Part shown: one piece after another, positions 9,123 to 17,686 of the stretch | Position numbering within the stretch: the stretch's first letter is position 1 | How the letters are laid out: each line of letters starts with the position of its first letter | Assembly (NCBI GenBank): GCA_963765575.1 | Contig: CAVXWZ010000004.1 | Span: forward strand, 29,820-93,819 | DNA from: an uncultured cyanobacterium | Lineage (GTDB): Bacteria; Cyanobacteriota; Cyanobacteriia; PCC-6307; Cyanobiaceae | Reading direction: 5' to 3' | Length of the DNA: 64,000 nucleotides | Notes under the pieces: generated by a model | The model's input: only the letters and a program-made list of their open reading frames with translations | Told to the model about the DNA's origin: nothing | Database searches by the model: none | Translations under genes and position numbers: made by a program

Positions 9123-10018
9123 CCTTCGGCGACAACGAGGGCCCGTTCTCCGAGCGCAGCGGCCTGCCGCCGCAGGTCACTCGCCTCGGATGGCTGTTCC
9201 TGGCTGGATCCCTGATCCTGAGCGGCTTGGTCGCCGGCAGCCTGGTCCAGGAGCGGGTGCGCTGGCGAAACAGCTCCGTGGTGGTGTTCCGAACCGGAAA
9301 TGCCACGGGCATCTGGCCGGGGGTGAATGTGACCCTCTCCGGCTACCGCATCGGCAAGGTGGAAACGGTGGCCCTGGCCAGCGATGGGCAAGTGGACGTG
9401 ACGCTGAGGATCGCCTCCCGTTATCGCCGTCTCGTCGGCCCGCAAAGCAGCGCCACGGCCATCCAGGAAGGGTTGATCGGCGATACCGTGATCGCCCTCA
9501 GCCCTGACATCACACCAGCTGGAACGGGGTTGCCGCCGCCTGAGCTGTCCGTGAGCTTTGAGCCGTCCAGCACTCCGGCTGAACTGCTGAACGACCTTGC
9601 GGAAACTCGCCTGCAGCTTGATCGCACCCTGCAGGCGGTCGCTGCGGTGGTGGAGAAGGACCTCCCATCGGTCGCAGGTCAGGTTGATGGCACGCTCCAG
9701 GACGTGCGTCGACTGGCTGGCACCCTGGAGCAGGAGTCGGGCTCGACTGCCGAAGCGACCCGGAACACCCTCAGGCTCTACCAGCAGACCGGCAAGGAGG
9801 TGGGGACAGCCTCTGCCGAGGCCACCGAGGTGATGAAAAGCACCACGCCAGTGCTGGTGGAAACCCTGCAGCAGATTCGTGCCGCTTCCGCCACCACCAA
9901 TCGACTGCTCAAGGCTCTGGCGGGCACCCTCCTGCTTGAGGTGCCCGAGCAGGAGCAGGAACAGGAGTCGAGCTCCCCCGAGCAAGACAACGCAGATGCG
10001 CAGGAACCCAGCCCGTAA
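9119..10018 (+). CDS. MlaD/MCE family protein
   Basis: N-terminal TM; ATGIWPGVNVTLSGYRIGKVETV and EGLIGDTVIALSP MCE motifs; helical tail. Confidence 0.85.
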   Translation: MTFGDNEGPFSERSGLPPQVTRLGWLFLAGSLILSGLVAGSLVQERVRWRNSSVVVFRTGNATGIWPGVNVTLSGYRIGKVETVALASDGQVDVTLRIASRYRRLVGPQSSATAIQEGLIGDTVIALSPDITPAGTGLPPPELSVSFEPSSTPAELLNDLAETRLQLDRTLQAVAAVVEKDLPSVAGQVDGTLQDVRRLAGTLEQESGSTAEATRNTLRLYQQTGKEVGTASAEATEVMKSTTPVLVETLQQIRAASATTNRLLKALAGTLLLEVPEQEQEQESSSPEQDNADAQEPSP

Positions 10019-10040
10019 CAGGAAAGGCTGGCGTGCAGGA

Positions 10041-10411
10041 TCACACCACTGCGGCCTGCTGCCGCCTCAGCTCCTCCAGCACCTCGGTGCCATGGCCACT
10101 GGCGCGCACCGCCACCCAGCGGGCCCGCACCACCCCTTCGGGGTCGATCAGGAACGTATGGCGCTGGGAGAAGGGGGGGATCCAGGAGCCGTAGCGCTGG
10201 CTCACCTGGCCGCCCGGGTCACTGAGCAACGGGAACGCCAGGCCTTCTTCGCTGCAGAAGGACGCGTGCGATTCGGCGTCGTCGGCGCTGACGCCAACCA
10301 CCTCGGCACCGGCCTGGTGGAACCCATCCAGAACCCTCTAGAACCCACGGGCTTCCAGGGTGCAGCCGCCTGTGAAATCACGGGGATAGAAATAGAGCGC
10401 CACCCAGCGCC
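10041..10411 (-). pseudogene. 5'-truncated peroxiredoxin (Bcp/PrxQ) copy with nonsense codon
   Basis: Diverged copy of the 3' part of 13373-13975 (RWVALYFYPRDFTGGCTLEARGF*); TAG at 10340-10338 where the intact gene has CAG. Confidence 0.9.
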
Positions 10412-10521
10412 ACTACTTCAGTCAGGCCCTCGGGCACTTCCAGGCCGCACTGCGCGTGAAGCCCGGCGACCCCTACGCCACCCAGGCCGTGCGCAACGTC
10501 AGCACTTATCTGCAGCGCTGA
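10398..10521 (+). pseudogene. Duplicated 3' end of the TPR-like gene
   Basis: Colinear near-identical copy of 7437-7560 including the TGA, with no 5' part. Confidence 0.9.
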
Positions 10522-10701
10522 TTCGAACGATTGCCTCCCTTCATCAACCAATCAGGGTTTGCGGCTTCAGGCCAGGGAGAGCCAGTTTCTGTTCCGCCAC
10601 AGAGCGGGATCGACGAAGTATGCTCTGCCTCTTACGCTAAACAATGTAATGATTCTCTGTTCGTGAGCCCCCATGGCGGGTTCATCGTTCTTCACTTCTC
10701 C

Positions 10702-11244
10702 ATGCGAACAATCCTTGGCCTTGGCCTGGCTTCCACCGTTGCACTCACCCTTGGATCCCTCTCTGTCAGATCCGCAGAGGTATCCAGTGCAGCCACATCA
10801 GCATGCACCTCTGCTGTGAACAGTCAGTACGGTGGTAATGTGCGCGATCTCAAGATCATCAGTAGTCAGTTTTCTCAGGCGAATTCGGAGGTCATGATTC
10901 GGGCCATTGGGGTGCGTGGTGGCAACACCAATGAGAAGTGGCGTTGCCTGGTGTCCAACACGGGTGACGTTCAGGATCTCTCGGTGGTCAATTCCGCAGC
11001 CGAGAAGGATGCTGGTGGCGGCTCCGTCAGCGAAGCAGCAAAATCCGCCTGCATGTCAGCGGTTAACAGCCAATATGGAGGAAATGTCCGCAATCTAAAA
11101 GTTCGTCGCAGCGAGTTTTCTGAGGCCAACTCTGTGGTGATCATCCGGGCCATCGGTGTGCGCGGTGGTGACACGAATGAGAAATGGCGCTGCCTGGTGT
11201 CGAACAGCGGTGAGGTCCAGGAAGTACGCGTGATGGGCAACTGA
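10702..11244 (+). CDS. Secreted protein with two tandem Cys-pair domains
   Basis: Signal peptide; SAC.SAVNSQYGGNVR.LK...SQANS.V.IRAIGVRGG.TNEKWRCLVSN.G.VQ occurs twice. Confidence 0.8.
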   Translation: MRTILGLGLASTVALTLGSLSVRSAEVSSAATSACTSAVNSQYGGNVRDLKIISSQFSQANSEVMIRAIGVRGGNTNEKWRCLVSNTGDVQDLSVVNSAAEKDAGGGSVSEAAKSACMSAVNSQYGGNVRNLKVRRSEFSEANSVVIIRAIGVRGGDTNEKWRCLVSNSGEVQEVRVMGN

Positions 11245-11290
11245 AAGCAACGGGCGCAGGGATAAGCGAAGCCTTGACTTTGGCAGCCCG

Positions 11291-11581
11291 ATGAATCTGC
11301 TTATTTCCCTCCTGGTGGGCAAGCCACTGGCCATCCTGCTGGTGGCTGCTTGCTTTCTCTCGGCTTACCTGGCGCTGCGGTTCAGATGGCCTGGGCTGGC
11401 CCATCAGCCCCGCGCTCTGCTGGGTGGGGCGATCGCCTGGGGGATCTATGCCATCTGGGAGGGGTTGGTGCAGCTCCTCACGCCGGAGGCGAACATCCGG
11501 GTCGACCTCCTGCTGATCTGGCCCCTGCTGGGACTTCTGTCGCTCTGGTCGCTGCTGCGCACCTTCCGATCGGCACGGTGA
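11291..11581 (+). CDS. Small 3-TM membrane protein (ANIRVDLLLI family)
   Basis: Paralog of 5507-5779. Confidence 0.75.
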   Translation: MNLLISLLVGKPLAILLVAACFLSAYLALRFRWPGLAHQPRALLGGAIAWGIYAIWEGLVQLLTPEANIRVDLLLIWPLLGLLSLWSLLRTFRSAR

Positions 11582-12003
11582 TTGTGGTCGCGATTGCGAG
11601 CTGGACGCAGTGCTTGTGCTTCCTTGCCGCACTCATCTGCATCATCCTGGCCATCACCAGCGCATCAGGGCTGCGCGCCGATGACATGCCCTTTCTGGGC
11701 TTTCTGGTGTTCCCCTATCTGCTGATGGGCATGCTGTCCTGGTGGCAGCGGAGCCGGCGTCGGCGCTCGGCAGTGGTGTTCATTGCCGCCCTGCTTCTTT
11801 CCCTTGCTGGGATCTCGCTGCTCGGATTCGACAGCATCCACTTCCACACCGTGCCTGAACACCGCCTGGTGCAGCGGCTCACCGTGATTGTCGTTCCGCT
11901 GCTGCAAACGGCTGCCGCACTGGCGCTCGCCGTTGTGCTGCTGCTGTCGTCACTGGTGAGACGACTGGCCGCTGCCTTGATCGCCGCTCGGGGCCGCCGC
12001 TGA
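11578..12003 (+). CDS. Hypothetical 4-TM membrane protein
   Basis: GTG start overlapping the previous TGA (GTGA); four hydrophobic segments. Confidence 0.55.
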   Translation: MIVVAIASWTQCLCFLAALICIILAITSASGLRADDMPFLGFLVFPYLLMGMLSWWQRSRRRRSAVVFIAALLLSLAGISLLGFDSIHFHTVPEHRLVQRLTVIVVPLLQTAAALALAVVLLLSSLVRRLAAALIAARGRR

Positions 12004-12040
12004 CACCCAAGTGGGTCCGGCTCCGCTTCGCCGAGCGGGA

Positions 12041-12566
12041 TCAGCTGCCGAACACCACAGCTTCCGGCAACCGATAGCTCTCAGCGCTCCCGGTTGTCTC
12101 GGCGCCAATGGCCTTGCCCTTGTGGAAGTAGAGCGTCCGTGTGCTGCCATCGGGGCGTGTCGCCACCACCCTGGCCGTGCCTCCCTCGGCGCGGCCCACC
12201 ACATAGGGACAGTCCACCATCGGCTGACCCTGGGCCATGGCGCAGGAGAGATTGCCGCTGGCATCGCCGTCCACCTGGGCATCCCTGGCCGCCATCAGCA
12301 GTTCAGCGGCCACAAATCCCCGGGGGCCGCCGCCGAGGGGCCGCACAGCACACCAGTTGCGGCCTTCCACCTCGCTGCAGCCAAGGTTGTCCAGAAGCGC
12401 ACCGATCGAGAGCGATCGCCCGAGGACCTGCGCTCTGGCAAGGGTTGGTGCATCGGTTCAAGCCGGAGGCCGACAGCCGCGTAGATCTGCTGCTTCCCTG
12501 CCTGGCGCTGGGGCTGTTGTCCTGGCGCCAGCGCAGGGGCCAGGGGGGTCTGGGTTTGACGGCCAT
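12041..12566 (-). pseudogene. Degenerate SH3b-protein copy (copy 3)
   Basis: GALLDNLGCSEVEGRNWC...PLGGGPRGFVAAELL...YRLPEAVVFGS; the 5' part is in another frame and lacks a lipobox. Confidence 0.75.
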
Positions 12567-13360
12567 CAGCTGCCGAATACCACCGCTTCCTCCACTTGGT
12601 AGCGCTCATCGCCCACCTGGATGGTGTAGAGCTGCTGCACCTTCCTGGCCGAGAAGGGCCCTCCACCCCCGGCCTCGCTGCTGTCAGCGGCGATCGCCTT
12701 GCCCATGTGGAAGTAGAGCGTCAGCTTGCTGCCATCCGGTCTGGTGACCACCACCTTGGCCGTACCACCCTCGGCGCGCTCCACACTGAACGGGCAGTTT
12801 CCCAGCGGCCGGCCCGGCGCCATCGCGCAGGAGATGGTGCCTGTGGCATTGAAATCCCCCTCGGCCGCCTTCGCCGGCTGCAGCAGTTCGGCGGCCACAA
12901 ATCCCCGGGGGCCGCCGCCCAACGGCTGCACATCGCACCAGTCACGGCCTTCCGCTGTGCTGCAGCCGAGGTTGTCGAGCACTGTTCCCACCATGAAGGT
13001 GGTGAGCACAGGGGCTGATAGGGATGGTTGCCCGCGCAGGTTCACCCCATCACTGCGCACCACCCAGTTGCGCGGTCCGCCCTCCTGCGCCGATCGGGGC
13101 GATCCGGATTCAGAGGCGGCGGCCTCCACCTCGGTGCTGCTCGCCTGCTCTGCCGCAGGCACTTGAGGCTCTTCAGCCTTCTGGCCGCAGGCCACCATGG
13201 CCAGGCCAAGGCAGAGGGCCAGGGCTGTGGTCGCGGCGCGGAGCTGGAACGGCAGCAGGTGATGGGAGATGGCGTGCGGGGGCGCTGGTGGTGACAGGTC
13301 AGCTTGGCAAGGAAGCACCCTCGCGGCCTCCTGGCCAGGAGCCGGCAAAATTGACGTCAA
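12566..13360 (-). CDS. SH3b-domain lipoprotein (copy 2)
   Basis: Lipobox LAMVAC; clear paralog of 7577-8326; start codon uncertain. Confidence 0.75.
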   Translation of the reverse strand: MTSILPAPGQEAARVLPCQADLSPPAPPHAISHHLLPFQLRAATTALALCLGLAMVACGQKAEEPQVPAAEQASSTEVEAAASESGSPRSAQEGGPRNWVVRSDGVNLRGQPSLSAPVLTTFMVGTVLDNLGCSTAEGRDWCDVQPLGGGPRGFVAAELLQPAKAAEGDFNATGTISCAMAPGRPLGNCPFSVERAEGGTAKVVVTRPDGSKLTLYFHMGKAIAADSSEAGGGGPFSARKVQQLYTIQVGDERYQVEEAVVFGS

Positions 13361-13372
13361 CTGGGCTGCTTC

Positions 13373-13975
13373 CTAACTGTTGACTCCCACCAGCTTGTTC
13401 AGGCGCAGCAGTTCGTCGAGCACCTCACGGCTGTGGCCGCTGGGCCGCACGGCCACCCACCGGGCCCGCAACACGCCGGCAGGGTCGATCAGGAAGGTGT
13501 GACGCTGGGAGAAGGGGGCGATCCAGGAGCCGTAGCGCCGGCTCACCTCGCCGCCCGGATCGCTGAGCAAGGGGAAGGCCAGACCCTCCTCACTGCAGAA
13601 CGAGGCGTGGGAGTCGGCGTCGTCGGCGCTGACGCCCACCACTTCAGCGCCGGCCCGATGGAAGGCCTGCAGGTCCCGCTGGAAGCCGCGGGCTTCGAGG
13701 GTGCAGCCGCCGGTGAAATCGCGCGGATAGAAATACAGCGCCAACCAGCGCCCCTGGAAATCGCTCAGGGAGAGCTCGGTGGCCATCACCTCGGCTGGAG
13801 CAGCCCCGCCAGCGCTTGCCGGGGCCACACCGAAGAGCTGGAAATCTGGCGCTGCAGCGTCGAGGCTGGGCAAGCTTCCGCCCATGGCCAGGGCCCTGGA
13901 CGGAGCAGCAACTGCCGAGATGCCGGTGACCAGGGCACCCGCCACGGCATTACGCAGGAGCTGTCGACGGCGCAT
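13373..13975 (-). CDS. Peroxiredoxin (Bcp/PrxQ-type) with twin-arginine-like signal
   Basis: YFYPRDFTGGCTLEARGF peroxidatic motif; N-terminus MRRRQLL. Confidence 0.9.
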   Translation of the reverse strand: MRRRQLLRNAVAGALVTGISAVAAPSRALAMGGSLPSLDAAAPDFQLFGVAPASAGGAAPAEVMATELSLSDFQGRWLALYFYPRDFTGGCTLEARGFQRDLQAFHRAGAEVVGVSADDADSHASFCSEEGLAFPLLSDPGGEVSRRYGSWIAPFSQRHTFLIDPAGVLRARWVAVRPSGHSREVLDELLRLNKLVGVNS

Positions 13976-14006
13976 GGGAGCCGGGGGGAGGTCCGGTTGT
14001 GTTAGC

Positions 14007-14243
14007 TCAGATCCGGGCCAGGTTGATGCCCAGCTCGCGGGCATAGGGGCCGAGACCCTTCTTCTGGATGGTTTTGAGCGCCCGGGTCGACACCCGCAGT
14101 TTCACGAAGCGCTTGCCCTCGGCCCACCACAGGCGTCGGTACTGCAGGTTCACCTGCTGAAGCTTCTTGGTGCGCACGTGGGAGTGCGAGACGGCCATGC
14201 CGTTGTTGGCGCGCTTGCCGGTGAGCTGGCAGACCCGGGACAT
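14007..14243 (-). CDS. rpmB: 50S ribosomal protein L28
   Basis: [34 protein letters not shown]. Confidence 0.98.
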   Translation of the reverse strand: MSRVCQLTGKRANNGMAVSHSHVRTKKLQQVNLQYRRLWWAEGKRFVKLRVSTRALKTIQKKGLGPYARELGINLARI

Positions 14244-14326
14244 GACCTACAACCTTGACGAAGACAACAGAGCGGCGATCCAGGGACCGGCGCAGCCACC
14301 CACACTAGCAACCGGACCCTGCAGCC

Positions 14327-16288
14327 TCAGAGGCCTCGCTGCATCAACCGGCCCATCAGCGAGGCACTGCGCTGCTGGAAGCCGGCCAGCTGGTTGGGCT
14401 CCAGGCCGCCCACGGCCAGCCGGGCCAGGTCGTAGACGTGGCTGGCCAGGTCGTCGGCCAGTTGCTGGCTGGGTGAGGCCCCGCCGCTGCCGCCGGGAGT
14501 GGTGATCACGGCGCCGGCGGAGAGCTGCAGCAGGCCAGCCACCAGGGGATGGCGGCGGTTCACCAGCAGCACGTGGTGCTCGGGCAGGCCGGGCAGCCGC
14601 TGCTCCATCAGGGCACCCATGTCGTTGATGCGGCGCATCTGCTCGGGCAGCAGGATCAAGGCCGCCGGTGCCTCCTCACCCTTGAGCGCCTGCACCTGGA
14701 TGGTCACCTTGTCGGTGTCGAGCACGCTGCGGAACAGCTCCCGCAGCTTCTCGGAGCTGTCCTTGCCCTCGACATCGGCCAGTTCGCTCTCCTGCTCCTT
14801 GAGGGAGTCGTCGAGTTCGGCATCCACCCGCTGGAAGGTCAGCTCCTCGTGGCGGTACTCCAGCCAGGGGATGAACTGGGTGTCGATGAAGGTGTCGGCG
14901 AGCAGCACCTCGGCCCCCTGGCTCTTCCACAGCGCCAGGGGACCGGCCTGGCCGGCCTCATCGGTGCAGTAGAGGATGCGCTTGGCGTGGTCGGCGTCGA
15001 GCCGGCGGCGGTAGCCGGCGAGGGTGGTGTAGCCCCTGCCATCGGGGCCGGCGATCGGATCGCAGCTGCCGCCCTCGCTGCCCTCGGCTGCGCTGTCGCC
15101 CTCGGGGCTGGGCGCCGGCTCTGGGGCGGGGGTTGCGGTGGTGCCGAAGAGCACCAGATCCGCCACCTGGTCGGCGAATTTCTCATCTTCCATGGCACCG
15201 ATCTTGATGAAGGGTGCCAGCGACTCCCAGATCTCGGCATAGCGCTGGGGCTCATCGCGGTGCAGCTGCTTGAGCCGATCGGACACCTTCTTGGCCACGA
15301 AGCCACCGATGGAGCGCACCCGACGGTCGGTCTGCAGGGCCGAACGGCTCACGTTCAGGGGGATGTCGGGCGAGTCGATCACGCCGCGCAGGGGCAGCAG
15401 ATAGCGCGGCACCACCTCCTTGATGGAGTCGCTCACGAACACCTGGTTGCAATAGAGCTTGATTTCGCCCTTCTCCCAGTCGGCCCGACCACTGGATTTG
15501 GGGAAATAGAGAATGCCCTGCAGGTTGTAGGGGTAATCGGTGCTCAGGTGCACCCAGAGCAGGGGATCGCCCTGGAAGGGGTAGAGGTAGCGGTAGAGCT
15601 CGATGTAGTCGTCGTCGCCCATCTCGCGGGGGCTGCGGCGCCAGGGTGCCTCCCGCTTGTTCACGGTTTCCCCCTCCAGCTGTACCGCTACCGGCAGAAA
15701 ATCGCAGTAGGTGGTGATCAAGGTGCGGATCCGGGCCGGCTCGAGATACTCGAGCTCCTCCTCCATCAGGTGCAGGATCACATCGGTCCCAGGCTCGCTG
15801 CGTTCGGTGCTCTCGAGGCTGAAGCGGGGGGAGCCGTCGCAGCTCCAACGCACCGCCTCGCTGCCCTGCCGCGCGCTCAGGGTCACCAGTTCCACCTGGG
15901 CGGCCACCATGAAGCTGGAGTAGAAACCGAGGCCGAAGTGGCCGATGATCGCGTCACCGTCGCTCTTGTACTTCTCGAGGAAGTCTTCAGCGCTGGAGAA
16001 GGCCACCTGGTTGATGTAGCGCTTCACCTCATCGGCGTCCATGCCGATGCCGTTGTCGGAGATGGTGACCGTTTTCTGCTCCCGGTCGATGCGGATCTGG
16101 ATCTTGCCTTCCTCGCCCTCGCTGCAGTCGCCGGCCATGGCGGCCATGCGGCGCTTGCTGATCGCATCCACCCCATTGCTCACCAGTTCCCGCAGGAACA
16201 CTTCATGGCCGCTGTAGACGGCCTTCTTGATGATCGGGAAGATGTTTTCGGTATGGATCTGGATCTGGCCCTGTTCGGCTTGCAGCAC
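14327..16288 (-). CDS. htpG: Molecular chaperone HtpG (Hsp90)
   Basis: EVFLRELVSNGVDA, DNGIGM and IGHFGLGFYSSF motifs. Confidence 0.97.
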   Translation of the reverse strand: MLQAEQGQIQIHTENIFPIIKKAVYSGHEVFLRELVSNGVDAISKRRMAAMAGDCSEGEEGKIQIRIDREQKTVTISDNGIGMDADEVKRYINQVAFSSAEDFLEKYKSDGDAIIGHFGLGFYSSFMVAAQVELVTLSARQGSEAVRWSCDGSPRFSLESTERSEPGTDVILHLMEEELEYLEPARIRTLITTYCDFLPVAVQLEGETVNKREAPWRRSPREMGDDDYIELYRYLYPFQGDPLLWVHLSTDYPYNLQGILYFPKSSGRADWEKGEIKLYCNQVFVSDSIKEVVPRYLLPLRGVIDSPDIPLNVSRSALQTDRRVRSIGGFVAKKVSDRLKQLHRDEPQRYAEIWESLAPFIKIGAMEDEKFADQVADLVLFGTTATPAPEPAPSPEGDSAAEGSEGGSCDPIAGPDGRGYTTLAGYRRRLDADHAKRILYCTDEAGQAGPLALWKSQGAEVLLADTFIDTQFIPWLEYRHEELTFQRVDAELDDSLKEQESELADVEGKDSSEKLRELFRSVLDTDKVTIQVQALKGEEAPAALILLPEQMRRINDMGALMEQRLPGLPEHHVLLVNRRHPLVAGLLQLSAGAVITTPGGSGGASPSQQLADDLASHVYDLARLAVGGLEPNQLAGFQQRSASLMGRLMQRGL

Positions 16289-16386
16289 GGTCCACTGGCA
16301 ACGTCGTGTCGTTCAGGATCCACCGCCGCGGGGGCTGCCGCCAAGGGGGCGCCATGGGCAGGAAACCGTCCTGATCGGCTGACGCC

Positions 16387-16536
16387 TCAGAACTTGCGCA
16401 GTTCGCGCCGGAGCGGCCCGGGGCCCGTTGGCTTGGGGTCCAAGGGCTCGGAGCCAGGCAGGCCGATGGCCAGGGCGGCCAACACAAGGGCCGCTGACAG
16501 CCAGCCGTAGAAGGGCCGATGGTCCTGGCGCCTCAC
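16387..16536 (-). CDS. Possible 49-aa single-TM protein
   Basis: GTG-start ORF below the track cutoff: RRQDHRPFYGWLSAALVLAALAIGLPG...RELRKF*. Confidence 0.45.
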   Translation of the reverse strand: MRRQDHRPFYGWLSAALVLAALAIGLPGSEPLDPKPTGPGPLRRELRKF

Positions 16537-16564
16537 TGCAGGCGCCTACTCACAGCCTTTGCCC

Positions 16565-17032
16565 CTACTCACAGCCCTTGACGGAAATCCGGTAGCTGAA
16601 GCCCAGGGAGCCGGGCTGGCTGCTGGAGCCCACGCGGAAGTTCATCAGGCGACTGCGACGGCCGGGCACGGCCTGGAAGGGACCGAATTCGCGACCTTCG
16701 CCGGGATCCAAGGTGGGTGTTTCGTTGATCACCTGCAGATTGGCGCCATCGGTGAACACCATGAAGCCCGCGATCGGAAAGGTGGCGCGTTCGCTGGAGG
16801 CGGAGGTGAAGAAGAAGCGGTAGCTCTTGTAGTCGCGATCCACCACGAAATCGGTGTTCCAGTTGGTGCGGCCCAGGGCGCGATCGGGGCCGATCTGCTT
16901 GCTCACCACGGGCTCACCGCTGCCGCCCAGGGGCACCAGAAACCGGCAGGCCGCCTGGGCAGGGGCGAGGCCCGTTGCGGCCGTGATCGCGAGTGTGGAC
17001 AGCGCCGCCACGCTTGTGCCAAACAAGGCCAT
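16565..17032 (-). CDS. Hypothetical secreted protein
   Basis: Signal peptide ending AQA-AC; NWNTDFVV motif; C-terminal SYRISVKGC; start uncertain. Confidence 0.7.
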   Translation of the reverse strand: MALFGTSVAALSTLAITAATGLAPAQAACRFLVPLGGSGEPVVSKQIGPDRALGRTNWNTDFVVDRDYKSYRFFFTSASSERATFPIAGFMVFTDGANLQVINETPTLDPGEGREFGPFQAVPGRRSRLMNFRVGSSSQPGSLGFSYRISVKGCE

Positions 17033-17201
17033 ACCAGAGGTTTCAGGGCCTGCAAACGTACTCGACGCCTCCTCTAGCCTGCCCATGGTTGCAGTCCGCA
17101 ACGTTGCTTCGGGGGGGCAATCCTTGGCATCGTCACCCTCTTGGATTCGCCAACGGCCTTGCTGATGCCGGCTTAGGGTTGGACTTTGGTAGCACAAAGG
17201 C

Positions 17202-17429
17202 ATGAACGTGACCGTTGAACTCTCCGACTAAGAGATACTCGAAATCCTCGACCTCACCGCTGAACGCAGGAAGGACCCCGCCATTCGCCGCCTGATGGAG
17301 GAAGCCCTGCAACAGCGGCGCCGCGCCCGGATTGGCCAGTGCTTCATCAGCGGTGCATGGGGCGTGCAGCTGCAGACCGTCGAGGCCGAGCAAGAGCGTG
17401 AACGCCAGCGAGATCAGGGCTGTTCCTGA
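17202..17429 (+). pseudogene. VapB-like (RHH-type) antitoxin remnant
   Basis: MNVTVELSD*EILEILDLTAERRKDPAIRRLMEEALQQRRRARI...; in-frame TAA at 17229; family call from pattern only. Confidence 0.55.
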
Positions 17430-17435
17430 ACGTCC

Positions 17436-17660
17436 TCAGCCCGCCTTCTGCAACGCCGGTTTCTCCTCCGGCAGGATCGCCCCCTCCACCGGACACACCT
17501 GCAGGCAGATGCCGCAGTCGATGCAGGTGTCGAAATCGATCCAGTAGAAGTTGGTGCCCTTGCTGTTGGCGCCCTGGCCAGGGTGGATGCAGGCCACCGG
17601 ACAGGCATCGACGCAATCGGCCACCCCTTCGCAGACGTTGGTGACGATCGTGTGGGCCAT
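17436..17660 (-). CDS. Dicluster ferredoxin, probably [3Fe-4S][4Fe-4S]
   Basis: CEGVADCVDACP (middle Cys missing) and CIDCGICLQVCP. Confidence 0.9.
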   Translation of the reverse strand: MAHTIVTNVCEGVADCVDACPVACIHPGQGANSKGTNFYWIDFDTCIDCGICLQVCPVEGAILPEEKPALQKAG

Positions 17661-17686
17661 CGGAGCAGCGGAGTCTTGGCTTGATC

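Noticed and set aside
3057..13360. Integron cassette array or diversity-generating retroelement
   Set aside because: No integrase or reverse transcriptase, no recurring attC core sites, mixed gene orientation, and the differences between duplicates are not adenine-specific
14549..16510. Long antisense ORFs (this one and 97-1818, 23398-24759, 38877-40913, 47460-49379 etc.)
   Set aside because: Shadow frames expected opposite real genes in high-GC DNA; no motifs (only the last 234 codons of 38877-40913 form a real gene)
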